A stretch of DNA of 64,000 nucleotides from Deltaproteobacteria bacterium (GTDB lineage Bacteria > Desulfobacterota > Binatia > Binatales > Binataceae). The notes below the pieces were generated by a model. The model ran no database searches, had not been told where the DNA came from, and saw only the letters and a program-made list of their open reading frames with translations. The translations under genes were made by a program, and so were the position numbers. The DNA is taken from the NCBI GenBank assembly GCA_021831785.1, contig JAKBMB010000011.1:129491-193490 (forward strand), read 5' to 3'. Shown here piece after piece: positions 33,654-43,189 of this stretch (positions within the stretch are counted from its first letter, which is position 1; every line of letters starts with the position of its first letter).

Positions 33654-33997
33654 GACGTGGCTATTCAGTAGGCGCGCTGCGCGCCACAAGCGACAACGCC
33701 CGCGCAATTACAATTGTCATTAGGCTAACATACTAGCTGGGCCGCCAGGCTGCCAGCCGAGCCCAAGAACGAGTTTCACCGCCGCCGGTCAGCGGGCGAG
33801 GTCCGCGGGCGCAGGCCGCGCCTAACTCGCGGGCTCGTTACCGCAGATCGCTTCATTGTTCGACAAGCGGCCGGGGCCTGTTAGACTTTAAATAAGCGTA
33901 TCGGAATGGCGGCGTCCGGCGGTCTAATTGCGCGCCGCGCCGGCCAGGCCGACACACGGAGCACAGCTCGCCGGCCGCGGGCGGAGGGTTCCCATCA

Positions 33998-34150
33998 ATG
34001 GTTGATTTTCTGAGAGACTTGTGGGCTTTTGCCAAGGAACGTAAGAAGTTCTGGCTGGTTCCATTAATAGGCACGCTGATAATCCTAGGGGCAGCCGTCG
34101 TCATTACGCAGGTCACCGCCATCTCGCCGTTTATTTACACGCTCTTCTAA
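33998..34150 (+). CDS. DUF5989 / SxtK-like 50-aa membrane protein
   Basis: MVDFLRDLWAFAKERKKFWLVPLIGTLIILGAAVVITQVTAISPFIYTLF matches the DUF5989/SxtK consensus as I recall it (MxxFLxELWxFLRxRKKFWLLPII...PFIYTLF). GGAGGG RBS 8 nt upstream. Below the ORF-track size cutoff. Confidence 0.5.
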   Translation: MVDFLRDLWAFAKERKKFWLVPLIGTLIILGAAVVITQVTAISPFIYTLF

Positions 34151-34315
34151 GAGTTCATAGTCGGTGTACGAAAGGCGCGGCGAATCCTGTCTTCAGGTTA
34201 TCCTGACCCTGAGCCTGCCGAAGAGGAGTCGGCGAGCGGAGTCGAAGGGCCGGTTCTTCGACACGGTTCGCTTCGCTCGCCGGCTCGGAGCTTGTGACTC
34301 ATTATAAGTGGGGCG

Positions 34316-34450
34316 GGCCGCCGTGCCCGCCATGATGTGCGGGTGCCAGTCCCGTGCGGCCAATGACCCACGACCGGGCTGGCACCGCGGCCACAGGGCG
34401 GGCACGGCGGCCCGCCCCACTACTCAAAAATTCACCAACTCTCGGGACGA
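34316..34450. repeat. full copy of palindromic repeat family A (MITE/REP-like)
   Basis: GGGGCGGGCCGCCGTGCCCGCC ... GGCGGGCACGGCGGCCCGCCCC arms around a partly palindromic core. Spurious ORFs here share the GRAAVPA peptide with other copies. Confidence 0.7.
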
Positions 34451-34544
34451 CGAAAGCGGCCGAGCTGGGAGTTATCGCAGCGATCGGCGCCTTGGCCCCG
34501 AAGTATTCGAGTGTAGATAGAACCTACGAGGGCGGTCTTTAGAA

Positions 34545-35099
34545 ATGAGACGAGCGTCACGGTCAATTTTCATCGGCGTCGCGGCAGCGCTTTTATTTGC
34601 CGCGCTGTCGGCGAGCCGCACTTCGAGCGCGCGCGCTGCGGACGGGATCACGCTATGCTTCACGCCGGAGTATCAAGGCGGGCCGCGATGCACGGACCTG
34701 ATCCTCGGAGCAATAAACTCCGCGCATAAAACCATCCTTGTTCAGGCGTATTTTCTGACCACCCGCTCGATAACGCGCGCGTTGGTGAGCGCTTACCGGC
34801 GCGGAGTAGCGGTGCAGGTAATCCTCGACCGGCGCAATGCTCTGCGTATCGGATATCCGGAGGCAACGTACCTGGCGCGTTCCGGAATAATCCCGCTCTT
34901 GGACGGAGTGCACAAAAACGCTCACAACAAGATTATGATTATTGACAGTCAAACGGTCATCACGGGAAGCTTCAACTTCACCTACTCGGCGGAGCGTTAC
35001 GACGCCGAGAACCTGCTGCTCATCACCGATCCCACGCTGGCTCGCGCTTACATCGAGAATTTCGCGCTCCACGTCAAGCATTCCGTGCCGTATATGTAG
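34545..35099 (+). CDS. phospholipase-D-family protein, Nuc-endonuclease-like (secreted)
   Basis: Signal peptide; single HKD motif (HNKIMIIDSQTVITGSFNFT) typical of Nuc-type PLD nucleases. Confidence 0.7.
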   Translation: MRRASRSIFIGVAAALLFAALSASRTSSARAADGITLCFTPEYQGGPRCTDLILGAINSAHKTILVQAYFLTTRSITRALVSAYRRGVAVQVILDRRNALRIGYPEATYLARSGIIPLLDGVHKNAHNKIMIIDSQTVITGSFNFTYSAERYDAENLLLITDPTLARAYIENFALHVKHSVPYM

Positions 35100-35119
35100 C
35101 GCCGACTACGTGCCCACCT

Positions 35120-35275
35120 TTTCCTCTCCCTATTGGGAGAGGACGCGGCGCGCGCAGCGCGGCGCGGGTGAGCGGCCAATGAAAAATAAAAGTCGCTGAG
35201 GGTTGCGGACACGCGGCCACCCTCACCCCAACCCTCTCCCAGAGGGAGAGGGAACAGAAAGAGCGCTCGTGCCTG
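35120..35275. repeat. palindromic repeat family E (TCTCCC-N3-4-GGGAGAGG hairpins flanking GCGCGGCGCGGGTGAG)
   Basis: Two CTCTCCC...GGGAGAGG hairpins about 100 bp apart; the same architecture recurs at 39.0 kb, with a half copy at 38.05 kb. Confidence 0.6.
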
Positions 35276-35290
35276 TTTACGAGGCCGCTA

Positions 35291-37132
35291 CTAGTCCAAC
35301 TGGAATTCTTCGCGCCAGGAAGTGTTGCCGTTTTGCGCGGGCTGGGCGGTCTTGTCGAGCAGGAAATTCTCGATCGCCAGATAGTCCATCTCGGTGCGCA
35401 TGAAGCATCGGTAGGCGTCTTGCGGCGTGCATACGATAGGCTCGCCGCGCACGTTGAACGACGTGTTCACCAGCACCGCGCATCCGGTTAGCTCCTCGAA
35501 CCGGCGCAGCAGGCGATAAAAGCGCGGATTAACCGCCTGATCGACGGTCTGCACGCGGGCGGAGTAATCGACGTGGGTCACCGCCGGAATGGTCGAGCGT
35601 GGCACGTTGAGCTTATCGATTCCGAAGAGCCCCCGATATTCCTCGCTCAATGGCGTGCGCAGATCTTCCTTGACTGGCGCGACGATTAGCATATAGGGGC
35701 TCGGCCGGCCGAGCGCAAAGTAGTCGGCAACGCGCTCGGCGCGGACCGCCGGGGCAAAGGGCCGGAACGATTCCCGGTACTTGATCTTGAGGTTCATCAC
35801 CGATTGCATCTTGGGATTTCGCGGGTCGCCCAGTATTGAGCGCGCGCCCAGCGCCCGCGGTCCGAACTCCATGCGCCCGCTGAACCATCCCACGACCTTG
35901 CCCTCGGCCAGCAGCGCGGCCACGCGCCTTAGCATCGCGTCGTCGTCATTGAAGCGCTGATGGCGCGCGCCGGCCTGGTCAAGCGCGCCCGCGATCTCCT
36001 GCGCGCTGAAGCTCGGCCCCAAAAGCGTGCCCTTCATGCTGTCGCCTTCGCATGCCCCGCGCGCCGCGCCCTCGTATTCGTGGTAGGCCGAGAGCGCTGC
36101 GCCCACCGCGCCGCCGGCGTCGCCCGCCGCAGGTTGAATCCAGATGCCACGCAGGCCGCCTTCGCGCAAAAGCCGGCCGTTCGCCACGCAGTTGAGCGCG
36201 ACGCCGCCGGCCAGGCACAGGTAGTCCGCGCGAAGCTCGCGTGCGGCAGTGCGCGCCAGCCTCAGCACGATCTCTTCGGTGACCTGTTGGATGGAGGCCG
36301 CCAAATCCATCTCGCGCTGTGTAATCGGGGCTTCGGGCCGGCGCGCCGGTCCGCCGAACAACCGCTCGAAGCGCGAGCTGGTCATCTTGAGGCCCGCGGG
36401 GTAGTCGAAGTACTCTAGCGCGAGCCGGAAAGTGCCGTCATCTTTGAGGTCGAGCAGCTTGTCGTAGATCACGCCGGCATAGCGCGGCTCGCCGTACGGC
36501 GCGAGCCCCATCAGCTTGTACTCGCCGGAATTGACCCTGAACCCGGCGTGATAGGTAAAGGCCGAGTAGAGCATGCCCAGCGAGTGAGGAAAGTCGAGCT
36601 GCCATTGCGGATAAAGCCGGTTGCCCTCGCCGAGCCAGACCGACGTCGTCGCCCATTCGCCCACGCCGTCCATGCACAACACCGCCGCCCGCTCGAACGG
36701 GCTCGGAAAAAAGGCCGAGGCGGCGTGGGACTGATGATGCTCGGTAAACAAAAGCGGAGGAACCTGCTCCGGCGTCACCGCGCCCGCGCGCGCCAGCTCC
36801 CGCTTGAGCAGCGACTTCAGAAACAGCTTCTCCTTGACCCAGACCGGCAGCGCTTGGGTAAACGAGCGCAGACCATGGGGAGCGTAGGCGAAATACGTCT
36901 CCAGCATGCGCTCGAACTTGAGCAGCGGCTTGTCGTAAAAGGCGACCCGATGCACCTCGGACAGCTTAACGCCGGCCGCCGCAAGACAGTAAGCCGCGGC
37001 CTGGCGCGGAAAGCCGGGGTCATGCTTTTTGCGCGAGAAACGCTCTTCCTGCGCCGCGGCGATTATCTCGCCGTTGCGAATCAGCGCCGCCGCGCTGTCG
37101 TGGTAGTAAGCCGAGATGCCAAGAATGTTCAC
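35291..37132 (-). CDS. NodU/CmcH-family carbamoyltransferase (SxtI-like)
   Basis: MNILGISAYYHDSAAAL..., conserved H-x-H and YrcB-like C-terminal domain; 613 aa. Confidence 0.85.
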   Translation of the reverse strand: MNILGISAYYHDSAAALIRNGEIIAAAQEERFSRKKHDPGFPRQAAAYCLAAAGVKLSEVHRVAFYDKPLLKFERMLETYFAYAPHGLRSFTQALPVWVKEKLFLKSLLKRELARAGAVTPEQVPPLLFTEHHQSHAASAFFPSPFERAAVLCMDGVGEWATTSVWLGEGNRLYPQWQLDFPHSLGMLYSAFTYHAGFRVNSGEYKLMGLAPYGEPRYAGVIYDKLLDLKDDGTFRLALEYFDYPAGLKMTSSRFERLFGGPARRPEAPITQREMDLAASIQQVTEEIVLRLARTAARELRADYLCLAGGVALNCVANGRLLREGGLRGIWIQPAAGDAGGAVGAALSAYHEYEGAARGACEGDSMKGTLLGPSFSAQEIAGALDQAGARHQRFNDDDAMLRRVAALLAEGKVVGWFSGRMEFGPRALGARSILGDPRNPKMQSVMNLKIKYRESFRPFAPAVRAERVADYFALGRPSPYMLIVAPVKEDLRTPLSEEYRGLFGIDKLNVPRSTIPAVTHVDYSARVQTVDQAVNPRFYRLLRRFEELTGCAVLVNTSFNVRGEPIVCTPQDAYRCFMRTEMDYLAIENFLLDKTAQPAQNGNTSWREEFQLD

Positions 37133-37256
37133 AAAGCCGGAGCCTTGCCTGAGCGACAGGTCCTTGCGGCGCTAAAGACGGTGCTGTCCGGTTCCGCCGC
37201 CGCCGTCAAACCGGACCCGCCGGGCGCGGCATTAATCTTGACGCGGGCCGCGTAGC

Positions 37257-37874
37257 CTATCGCAGCGCGTTCCAGACCACCTTGCCGCTACCGTCTTGAA
37301 TTTGCAGCACCGGCTGATCGCCGGTCAGCGCGGCCATCTCGCGCGTCTTGCCCTTACTGTCGTAAACCGTCAAACCCTGAACCTCGTTGCCGCTGGTGCC
37401 AACGACGGCGCGCAAGATTCCGCTGGCCGCTGAAAAGGCCAGCGCCGAGCTGTCGCCTTGGATGCCCAAGCCGACGCGGATTTGACCGTTCTGGTCGAAC
37501 ATACGCAGGTAATCGTTGTTGCTTCCCGTGCCGACCGCGACGCGCACTTTACCGGTGTCGTCGTACAGGGCTAGGGCGGCGTCATTGCCGGGCACTCCGA
37601 GGACCACGCGGGGCTTGCCCTGTGTGTCGTAAACTCGGATTAGCCCGGTGCCGCTCTCGGCGCTTATCTCGGCGCGCCGCGCCCCTTCGCGATCTACCAC
37701 CACCAGCTTCTTTACGCGCAGAACGTCCGCCCTGACCAAGCGGGCATGGCCGCCGCCCCTGGCCGCACCGGCGACCGCCGCGTTGAGCAGCCAACTGGTC
37801 AGTGATCCGCCGATTAGGCCGGCGATCGAGGCCGCCGTCAGCACCTTCCACTGGAGCCTGTCCGTTGTCATCAC
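37257..37874 (-). CDS. membrane-anchored protein with six ~22-aa repeats (consensus LxVYDxxGKxRVxLG), unknown family
   Basis: Signal anchor then LIRVYDTQGKPRVVLGV / LALYDDTGKVRVAVGT / LRMFDQNGQIRVGLGI / LTVYDSKGKTREMAAL ... Confidence 0.45.
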   Translation of the reverse strand: MMTTDRLQWKVLTAASIAGLIGGSLTSWLLNAAVAGAARGGGHARLVRADVLRVKKLVVVDREGARRAEISAESGTGLIRVYDTQGKPRVVLGVPGNDAALALYDDTGKVRVAVGTGSNNDYLRMFDQNGQIRVGLGIQGDSSALAFSAASGILRAVVGTSGNEVQGLTVYDSKGKTREMAALTGDQPVLQIQDGSGKVVWNALR

Positions 37875-38047
37875 ATCCTCCTCTCGTACCGGGTTCGCGG
37901 GATTCCCCTCGACGGGTTTGCTCTAAAGATGTACCAAGCGCCGCAGCTCAGGGCAATTTCTGCGGGCGTGGCCGCTAAGCGACACGCTGTTTTCGGACAC
38001 CGCCGAGAAGGCCTGTGCGCCGCGTGACGAGCGAAGCCGGCGCCATT

Positions 38048-38112
38048 ATAGAAGGTCCCTCACCCGCGCCTTCGGCGCGACCTCTCCCGAGCGGGAGAGG
38101 GAACAAAGGAGT
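38048..38112. repeat. half copy of repeat family E
   Basis: CCCTCACCCGCGCC...CTCTCCCGAGCGGGAGAGGGAACAAAGGAG matches the right half of the 35.2-kb and 39.1-kb elements. Confidence 0.5.
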
Positions 38113-38348
38113 GCTCAGCGTTGTCAGGGAGAGTGCCCCACGGCGCCAAGAGCCATTCACGTGGGGACGCGGGCCGGAGCGGTCACTCCATAGCCTGCGA
38201 GGCGCGCATCGGAAAACTGGGCGCGGCTCCGGCGTTCGGCGTCGGCGTAGGTGTGGGGCTTGAGCTGCTGCCGCTGCTGCATCCGGCAACCACCAGCATC
38301 GCCAACAGCAGCAACCAAATCGGTCGTTTAATTATCGCCATGACGTGG

Positions 38349-38831
38349 CTACTGGGTCTTGCACGTCCCGACGAGGATGATGCTTGAGATGGTTCCACCT
38401 GAAGTATCGGGGGCATTGAAGAGCAAGCGCACCTCCGTTTCGCTGCCAGTCGTCGAGCCGGGGGTATCTACGACGATTTGGTAGGCATCCCCATTGCCGA
38501 ATGTAGCCTCTCCGATCCCAGTATTGGCCATGGTGTAACTTCCGGTGACTGGTGTAGTACCCGTGCCTCCTAGCGTCCCGTTAAAGTTCGAGAAGTATGT
38601 CTCGGTCGCCGGACAGCCGGCTGCGTCAGAGAAGGTCATTGTGCCCACCACGCCCAGCGGCTCGTTGGGCTTTAAAGTGGATATCGTCGGGCTCGTGCTT
38701 GTGACCCCGGCCATAGAGAGGGAGCAGATCGCGGGTAGGGTGGGGACTCCGGTGCCGGTACATTGCGCATGCGCTGCGGACGCGCAGAATAATAGAACGG
38801 CTGCCAGCAAAAAGGGCGTGACTCGTCGCAT
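38349..38831 (-). CDS. secreted 4-Cys protein, paralogue A (C-terminus ...GTCKTQ)
   Basis: Signal peptide ending AHA-QCTGTG, Gly/Thr-rich body, four Cys; paralogous to 39182..39652. Confidence 0.5.
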   Translation of the reverse strand: MRRVTPFLLAAVLLFCASAAHAQCTGTGVPTLPAICSLSMAGVTSTSPTISTLKPNEPLGVVGTMTFSDAAGCPATETYFSNFNGTLGGTGTTPVTGSYTMANTGIGEATFGNGDAYQIVVDTPGSTTGSETEVRLLFNAPDTSGGTISSIILVGTCKTQ

Positions 38832-39007
38832 AGTCTTAGTCCCAACTCCTCGATAGCGTTGCTAACTGCGTCGAAACCATAGCGGAAGGCGCGTCCTAAG
38901 ACAAGTCGCCGCCGGCTTACTTTTGTTGTTCTGATTTAGCTTGACCTTAGAGCGCAAACGGTGGTCTTAACGCCCCTGCCGGCCGAGAAAGGCCGCCGGC
39001 TCTGCTT

Positions 39008-39150
39008 GCCTCTCCCGATGGGGAGAGGCCGCGCCGCGCGAGAGCGCGGCGCGGGTGAGGGACCACTGAGAAACAACAATTGCTGCGCTGCGGACCACGC
39101 TCTCTGCACCCTCGCCCTCTCCCATAGGGAGAGGGGACAGAAAGAGCAGG
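39008..39150. repeat. full copy of repeat family E
   Basis: CTCTCCCGATGGGGAGAGG ... GCGCGGCGCGGGTGAGGG ... CCCTCTCCCATAGGGAGAGGGGACAGAAAGAGC. Confidence 0.6.
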
Positions 39151-39181
39151 CGAGCGGGGACCGAAGCTTGCCCCGGCGCTT

Positions 39182-39652
39182 TCACTGCGCCTTGCACGTT
39201 CCGCCAAGTACGAGGCTCACCATGGTCGGGTTGGTCGAAATGTCGGGCGTGATGTAGAGCAGACGCAGCTCAGTCTCGATCGGAGGGCTTTCGCTGTTCG
39301 GCGAAGCGACGGCGAACGCGAATTTAGGGCCGCTGCTCGCAGTAAAATCAACGACGCCGACTCCGGCCGCGTCCACGCTATAGGTCCCGTTGATCGGAGT
39401 GGTGGTCGAGCGCAGAGAGCCGTTGAAGTTCTGATACAGAACCAGAGTGGCGGTGCAGCTAGTCTGCTCGAAGGTCATTACGCCGGCCTCGGCATCCGCG
39501 GTGTTCGGTGTCGAAAGGCCCGAATTAGGGCTCACGACCCCGCCTGTAGAAAAGGAGCACGTAACGGGCAGGTTGACGGCCGTGCATTGCGCGAGAGCCG
39601 CAGGGGCGGAGGTCAGTACGGCGGCGAGGAGGAGTAACGCGAACTTTGCCAT
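39182..39652 (-). CDS. secreted 4-Cys protein, paralogue B (C-terminus ...GGTCKAQ)
   Basis: MAKFALLLLAAVLTSAPAALA-QCTAVN...; same length and Cys spacing as the 38349..38831 protein. The ORF opens at 40012 but the signal peptide starts at 39652. Confidence 0.5.
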   Translation of the reverse strand: MAKFALLLLAAVLTSAPAALAQCTAVNLPVTCSFSTGGVVSPNSGLSTPNTADAEAGVMTFEQTSCTATLVLYQNFNGSLRSTTTPINGTYSVDAAGVGVVDFTASSGPKFAFAVASPNSESPPIETELRLLYITPDISTNPTMVSLVLGGTCKAQ

Positions 39653-39932
39653 CAGTTTGGTCGGCCACCGGACGCCGGCTTCCCGGTTGCTTACCATACC
39701 CGAGGCACGTGCCGCGGGACAAGAGAACTGCACGTCGGCTGTTGCTTTCTTGGCCCAGCTTAGGCTTAAAGAATTCGTGACCCCTGTCGAGCAGCCCCGT
39801 CGTGACTGCCGACACTGTATGGCAGTCGAACCGAAGTATATAGTGTGTTCGAGGGGAAAAGCACCGAGTGGGCCGGTCCGAGCGGAGTGCTCGCTCGGCA
39901 CCTGGCAGCGCGAATCAAACCGAGGGAGAGAC

Positions 39933-41264
39933 ATGGCGACCAACACGCTCACGGTAATCGACAACCGCACGGGTAAGCGGTACGAGCTCCCGATCGAAGA
40001 GGGCAACGTCATTCGGGCCTCGCTCTTGCGTCAGATAAAGACCTCCGAGGACGATTACGGTCTGATGTCTTACGACCCGGCTTTTACCAACACCGCGGCG
40101 TGCAAGAGCCGGATCACGTTTATCGACGGCGACAAAGGGATTCTGCGCTATCGCGGCTATCCGATAGAGGAACTGGCCCGGCACAGCAACTATCTGGAGA
40201 CCGCCTACCTGATCATCAAGGGCGAGTTGCCGGATGACCGCCACTACGCGGCTTGGCAGAACAATATCAAGATCCACACCTTGGTGCACGAGAACATCAA
40301 GCACTTGATGGACGGGTTTCGCTTCGACGCCCATCCGATGGGGATGTTGCTCGGCACTATCGGCGCGTTGTCGACCTTTTATCCCGAGGCGGCGAATATT
40401 TTCGACGTCGAGTCGCGCCGTCTGCAAACTCGCCGCCTCATCGGGAAGCTGCCCACCTTGGCCGCCTTTGCCTACCGTCACAGCCGCGGCTTGCCGTACG
40501 TTTATCCGGACAACGATCTCAGTTACACCGGCAACTTTCTCTCGATGCTGTTCAAGATGACCGAGCTTAAGTACCGGCCGAATCCCATTCTGGAGCGGGC
40601 GCTCGACGTGCTCTTTATCCTTCACGCCGACCATGAGCAGAACTGCTCGACCAATGCGATGCGCTCGGTCGGCAGTTCCCACGTCGATCCTTACTCGGCC
40701 ACCGCCGCCGCTGTAGCGGCGCTCTACGGGCCGCTGCACGGCGGGGCTAACGAGGCGGTGGTCAGGATGCTCTCGGAAATCGGTTCTCCCCGGCGCGTGC
40801 CCGAGGTGATCAAGCAGGTCAAGGCGGGCGAGCGGTTGCTCTACGGTTTTGGCCACCGCGTGTATAAGAACTACGACCCGCGAGCCAAGATTGTGCGCGA
40901 GTTGGCCGGCCAGGTGTTCGAGGTCACGGGCAAAAACCCGCTGATCGATATCGCGCTCGAACTGGAGCGGATCGCGCTCGAAGATGACTACTTCATTTCC
41001 CGCAAGCTCTACCCGAACGTCGATTTTTATTCGGGGATCATTTACCAGGCGATGGGCTTGCCGACGACGATGTTTCCGGTGATGTTCGCGATTCCGCGCA
41101 CGTCGGGCTGGCTTGCGCAATGGAGCGAGATGGTGCGGGATTCCGAGCAAAAGATCTCCCGTCCGCGTCAGGTGTATGTCGGCGAGGAGCTTCGCCACTA
41201 CACGCCGATCGCGACGCGGCCGGAGCCTTCTCAGCGCGAGGATGCCGTAAGTACGGAGATCTGA
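39933..41264 (+). CDS. gltA: citrate synthase
   Basis: 443 aa from MATNTLTVIDNRTGKRYELP; catalytic His/Asp context (GPLHGGANE, GFGHRVYKNYDPRAK). GGGAGAG RBS upstream. The ORF opens 162 codons earlier but the N-terminus aligns at 39933. Confidence 0.9.
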   Translation: MATNTLTVIDNRTGKRYELPIEEGNVIRASLLRQIKTSEDDYGLMSYDPAFTNTAACKSRITFIDGDKGILRYRGYPIEELARHSNYLETAYLIIKGELPDDRHYAAWQNNIKIHTLVHENIKHLMDGFRFDAHPMGMLLGTIGALSTFYPEAANIFDVESRRLQTRRLIGKLPTLAAFAYRHSRGLPYVYPDNDLSYTGNFLSMLFKMTELKYRPNPILERALDVLFILHADHEQNCSTNAMRSVGSSHVDPYSATAAAVAALYGPLHGGANEAVVRMLSEIGSPRRVPEVIKQVKAGERLLYGFGHRVYKNYDPRAKIVRELAGQVFEVTGKNPLIDIALELERIALEDDYFISRKLYPNVDFYSGIIYQAMGLPTTMFPVMFAIPRTSGWLAQWSEMVRDSEQKISRPRQVYVGEELRHYTPIATRPEPSQREDAVSTEI

Positions 41265-41350
41265 CCTTGGCCGCCCGCGCCGACGGCGGACCCGGCGCGC
41301 CCTCTGCTCGATCGCGGGCCGGCGTGTCGGTCAAGCGGAATTTTTGGGCG

Positions 41351-42070
41351 ATGAAAGACCAGGCGACCGGCCCGGCCGCCGCGCGCTTGAAGCGCCCGGC
41401 GGTCCCAGCGGCGCTAATCTGTGCCGCACTGCTGGCGGCGCCGGCGCTCTTCGGATGCGGCATCGGCGTGGCGCCCGCGCCGATCGCGCATCCGCAATAC
41501 ACGGTGCCCGCGCCGGTCCAAAACCAAATCACCGTGACCGCTAAGCCCGGCTCTGCGGTCGGCGGCGTGATACCGGTTTTTGTCGCCGTCAGCAACGGCG
41601 ATGAGGTGGCGCGCGAGCTCTTGCCCCAGCAAGTCTACGCAATCACCGAGAGCGGCGCCCGGGTGGCGACGATTCCACCGGGCGAGGCGGCGCGGATGGC
41701 GGGCGGCGCGAACGAGCTGACCGGCATTCTGGAAAGCGGCGCGATCGGCGCCGGCGCCGGCGGCGCCCTGGGCGCCGGGCTTGGCGCCTTGGTGGGCGCG
41801 GCTACCCGCGACGTGCCGGGCTCGACCGTTTTGGGCGGCGCGGTCGGCGCGGGTTTCGGCGCGTTCGAAGGCGCGCCGGCGGGCCAAGGCGCGGCTCAGC
41901 GCCAGGCCAACCAGCAATTGAATTCGCTCGCGCTGCGCCCGGCGCATTTAGACAATAACTTCACGGCCAGCGGCTACGTCTTCTTTCCCGCCGGCACGTA
42001 CGCTTGGGTTCAAGTTCTGTTGGTCAATGCCGCGAGCGGCAACACCGAATCATATCGCGCCGTTTGGTAG
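41351..42070 (+). CDS. glycine-zipper lipoprotein, paralogue 1
   Basis: Lipobox LFGCG; Gly/Ala zipper (GAIGAGAGGALGAGLGALVGAA...GGAVGAGFGAFEGA); C-terminus YVFFPAGTYAWVQVLLVN. Confidence 0.55.
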   Translation: MKDQATGPAAARLKRPAVPAALICAALLAAPALFGCGIGVAPAPIAHPQYTVPAPVQNQITVTAKPGSAVGGVIPVFVAVSNGDEVARELLPQQVYAITESGARVATIPPGEAARMAGGANELTGILESGAIGAGAGGALGAGLGALVGAATRDVPGSTVLGGAVGAGFGAFEGAPAGQGAAQRQANQQLNSLALRPAHLDNNFTASGYVFFPAGTYAWVQVLLVNAASGNTESYRAVW

Positions 42071-42271
42071 AGCGATGCCCGCGGCGCCGATACGAGCGGC
42101 CGGCGCGGGCCGGCCTAATCGACGGGATTGGTCCGGGCGAAATTTTTCGCGCCTCCGGCATGGTCTCGATCCGCTGCGGTTTTTACGCACGGTCGGTTAT
42201 TCGGCTTGGCGTAAGCCGGCCGATGCGCGCCCTTTTCCCGGCGCGGAAAAAAAAGCTAAGCTCTCACCGCA

Positions 42272-43030
42272 ATGACCGACGCGCCGGCCTCCTCGCCGAG
42301 ACGACGATCGAAAGAAGCGTCCGGTGGTTCCGTTGCGCCGGTGCGCGTTCGGGCCCTGCGGCCGTTGCGTCATGCTGGGATACTGACGCTTCTTCGATGG
42401 GCCGCGACATTGACGCTGATGGCCTGTGGCGTAGCGCCAGCGCCGATCGCGCACCCGCAATACGCCGTGCCGGTGCCGGTCGAGAACCAGATCACGGTTA
42501 CCGCCACGCGCGCCCCCACGGTCGGTGGCGTAACGCCGGTGTATATCGCCATCTCCAACGGCGACCAAGTTCCGCGCCGCGTCGTTCCACGCCAGATCTT
42601 TGCGGTGTCAACGGACAGCCGCGTGGCGGCAATTCCCCCGGGTGAAGCGGCGCGGCTGGCGGGCGGCGCCAACGAACTGGCCGGCGTGTTGGAGAGCGGC
42701 GCGGCGAGCGGAGCTGCCGGAGGCGCGCTCGGCGCGGGAGTCGGCGCTTTGGCCGGCGCTTTCGAAGGCGGCGCAAAACCCGGCGCCCTGTTGGGCGGCG
42801 CCGTCGGCGCGGGTTTCGGCGCGTTCGAAGGCGCTCCGCGCGGCGCCGCCGCCGCACGGCGTCAAGCCAATCAGCAATTGAAGTCGCTTGCGCTGCGCCC
42901 GGCCCGACTCGAATACAACTTCAGCGCGAGCGGCTACGTCTTTTTTCCGGCGGGAAGCTACAATTGGGTCGAGGTGCTGCTGGTCAACGTCGAAACCGGC
43001 AGGACCGAATCGTACCGCGCGCTCTGGTAG
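42272..43030 (+). CDS. glycine-zipper lipoprotein, paralogue 2 (tandem duplicate)
   Basis: Lipobox LMACG; near-identical domain order and motifs to 41351..42070 (PAPIAHPQYxVP, NQITVTA, GGAVGAGFGAFEGAP, YVFFPAGxYxWVxVLLVN). Confidence 0.55.
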   Translation: MTDAPASSPRRRSKEASGGSVAPVRVRALRPLRHAGILTLLRWAATLTLMACGVAPAPIAHPQYAVPVPVENQITVTATRAPTVGGVTPVYIAISNGDQVPRRVVPRQIFAVSTDSRVAAIPPGEAARLAGGANELAGVLESGAASGAAGGALGAGVGALAGAFEGGAKPGALLGGAVGAGFGAFEGAPRGAAAARRQANQQLKSLALRPARLEYNFSASGYVFFPAGSYNWVEVLLVNVETGRTESYRALW

Positions 43031-43189
43031 CCGCGACGGCGCCGGCAGTGCCGGGCGCGGGCGCACTTGGCGCGCGTTCGGCTTGCCCGCGCGGTATCTC
43101 CGCAGCATCTAAGAGACCGTCGATCATCTTGTTCGGCCTCGCGCTGAGCGGAAGGTTAACGCCCTCTGTCATTTGGAGGTCTTTGCATA

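Noticed and set aside
33998-34206. Apparent +1 frameshift extending the DUF5989-like ORF to 69 aa
   Set aside because: This was a counting error in my first manual read. Cross-checking against the exact coordinates of the overlapping track ORF 33853..34122 shows the gene is an intact 50-aa ORF ending ...FIYTLF*. It is absent from the track only because it is below the 60-aa cutoff.
42225-42265. TTTTCCCGGCGCGGAAAAAAAA hairpin between the lipoprotein paralogues, considered as a terminator
   Set aside because: On the plus strand the stem is followed by an A-run, not a U-run. On the minus strand the U-run precedes the stem. It may still be structural, but it is not a canonical intrinsic terminator.
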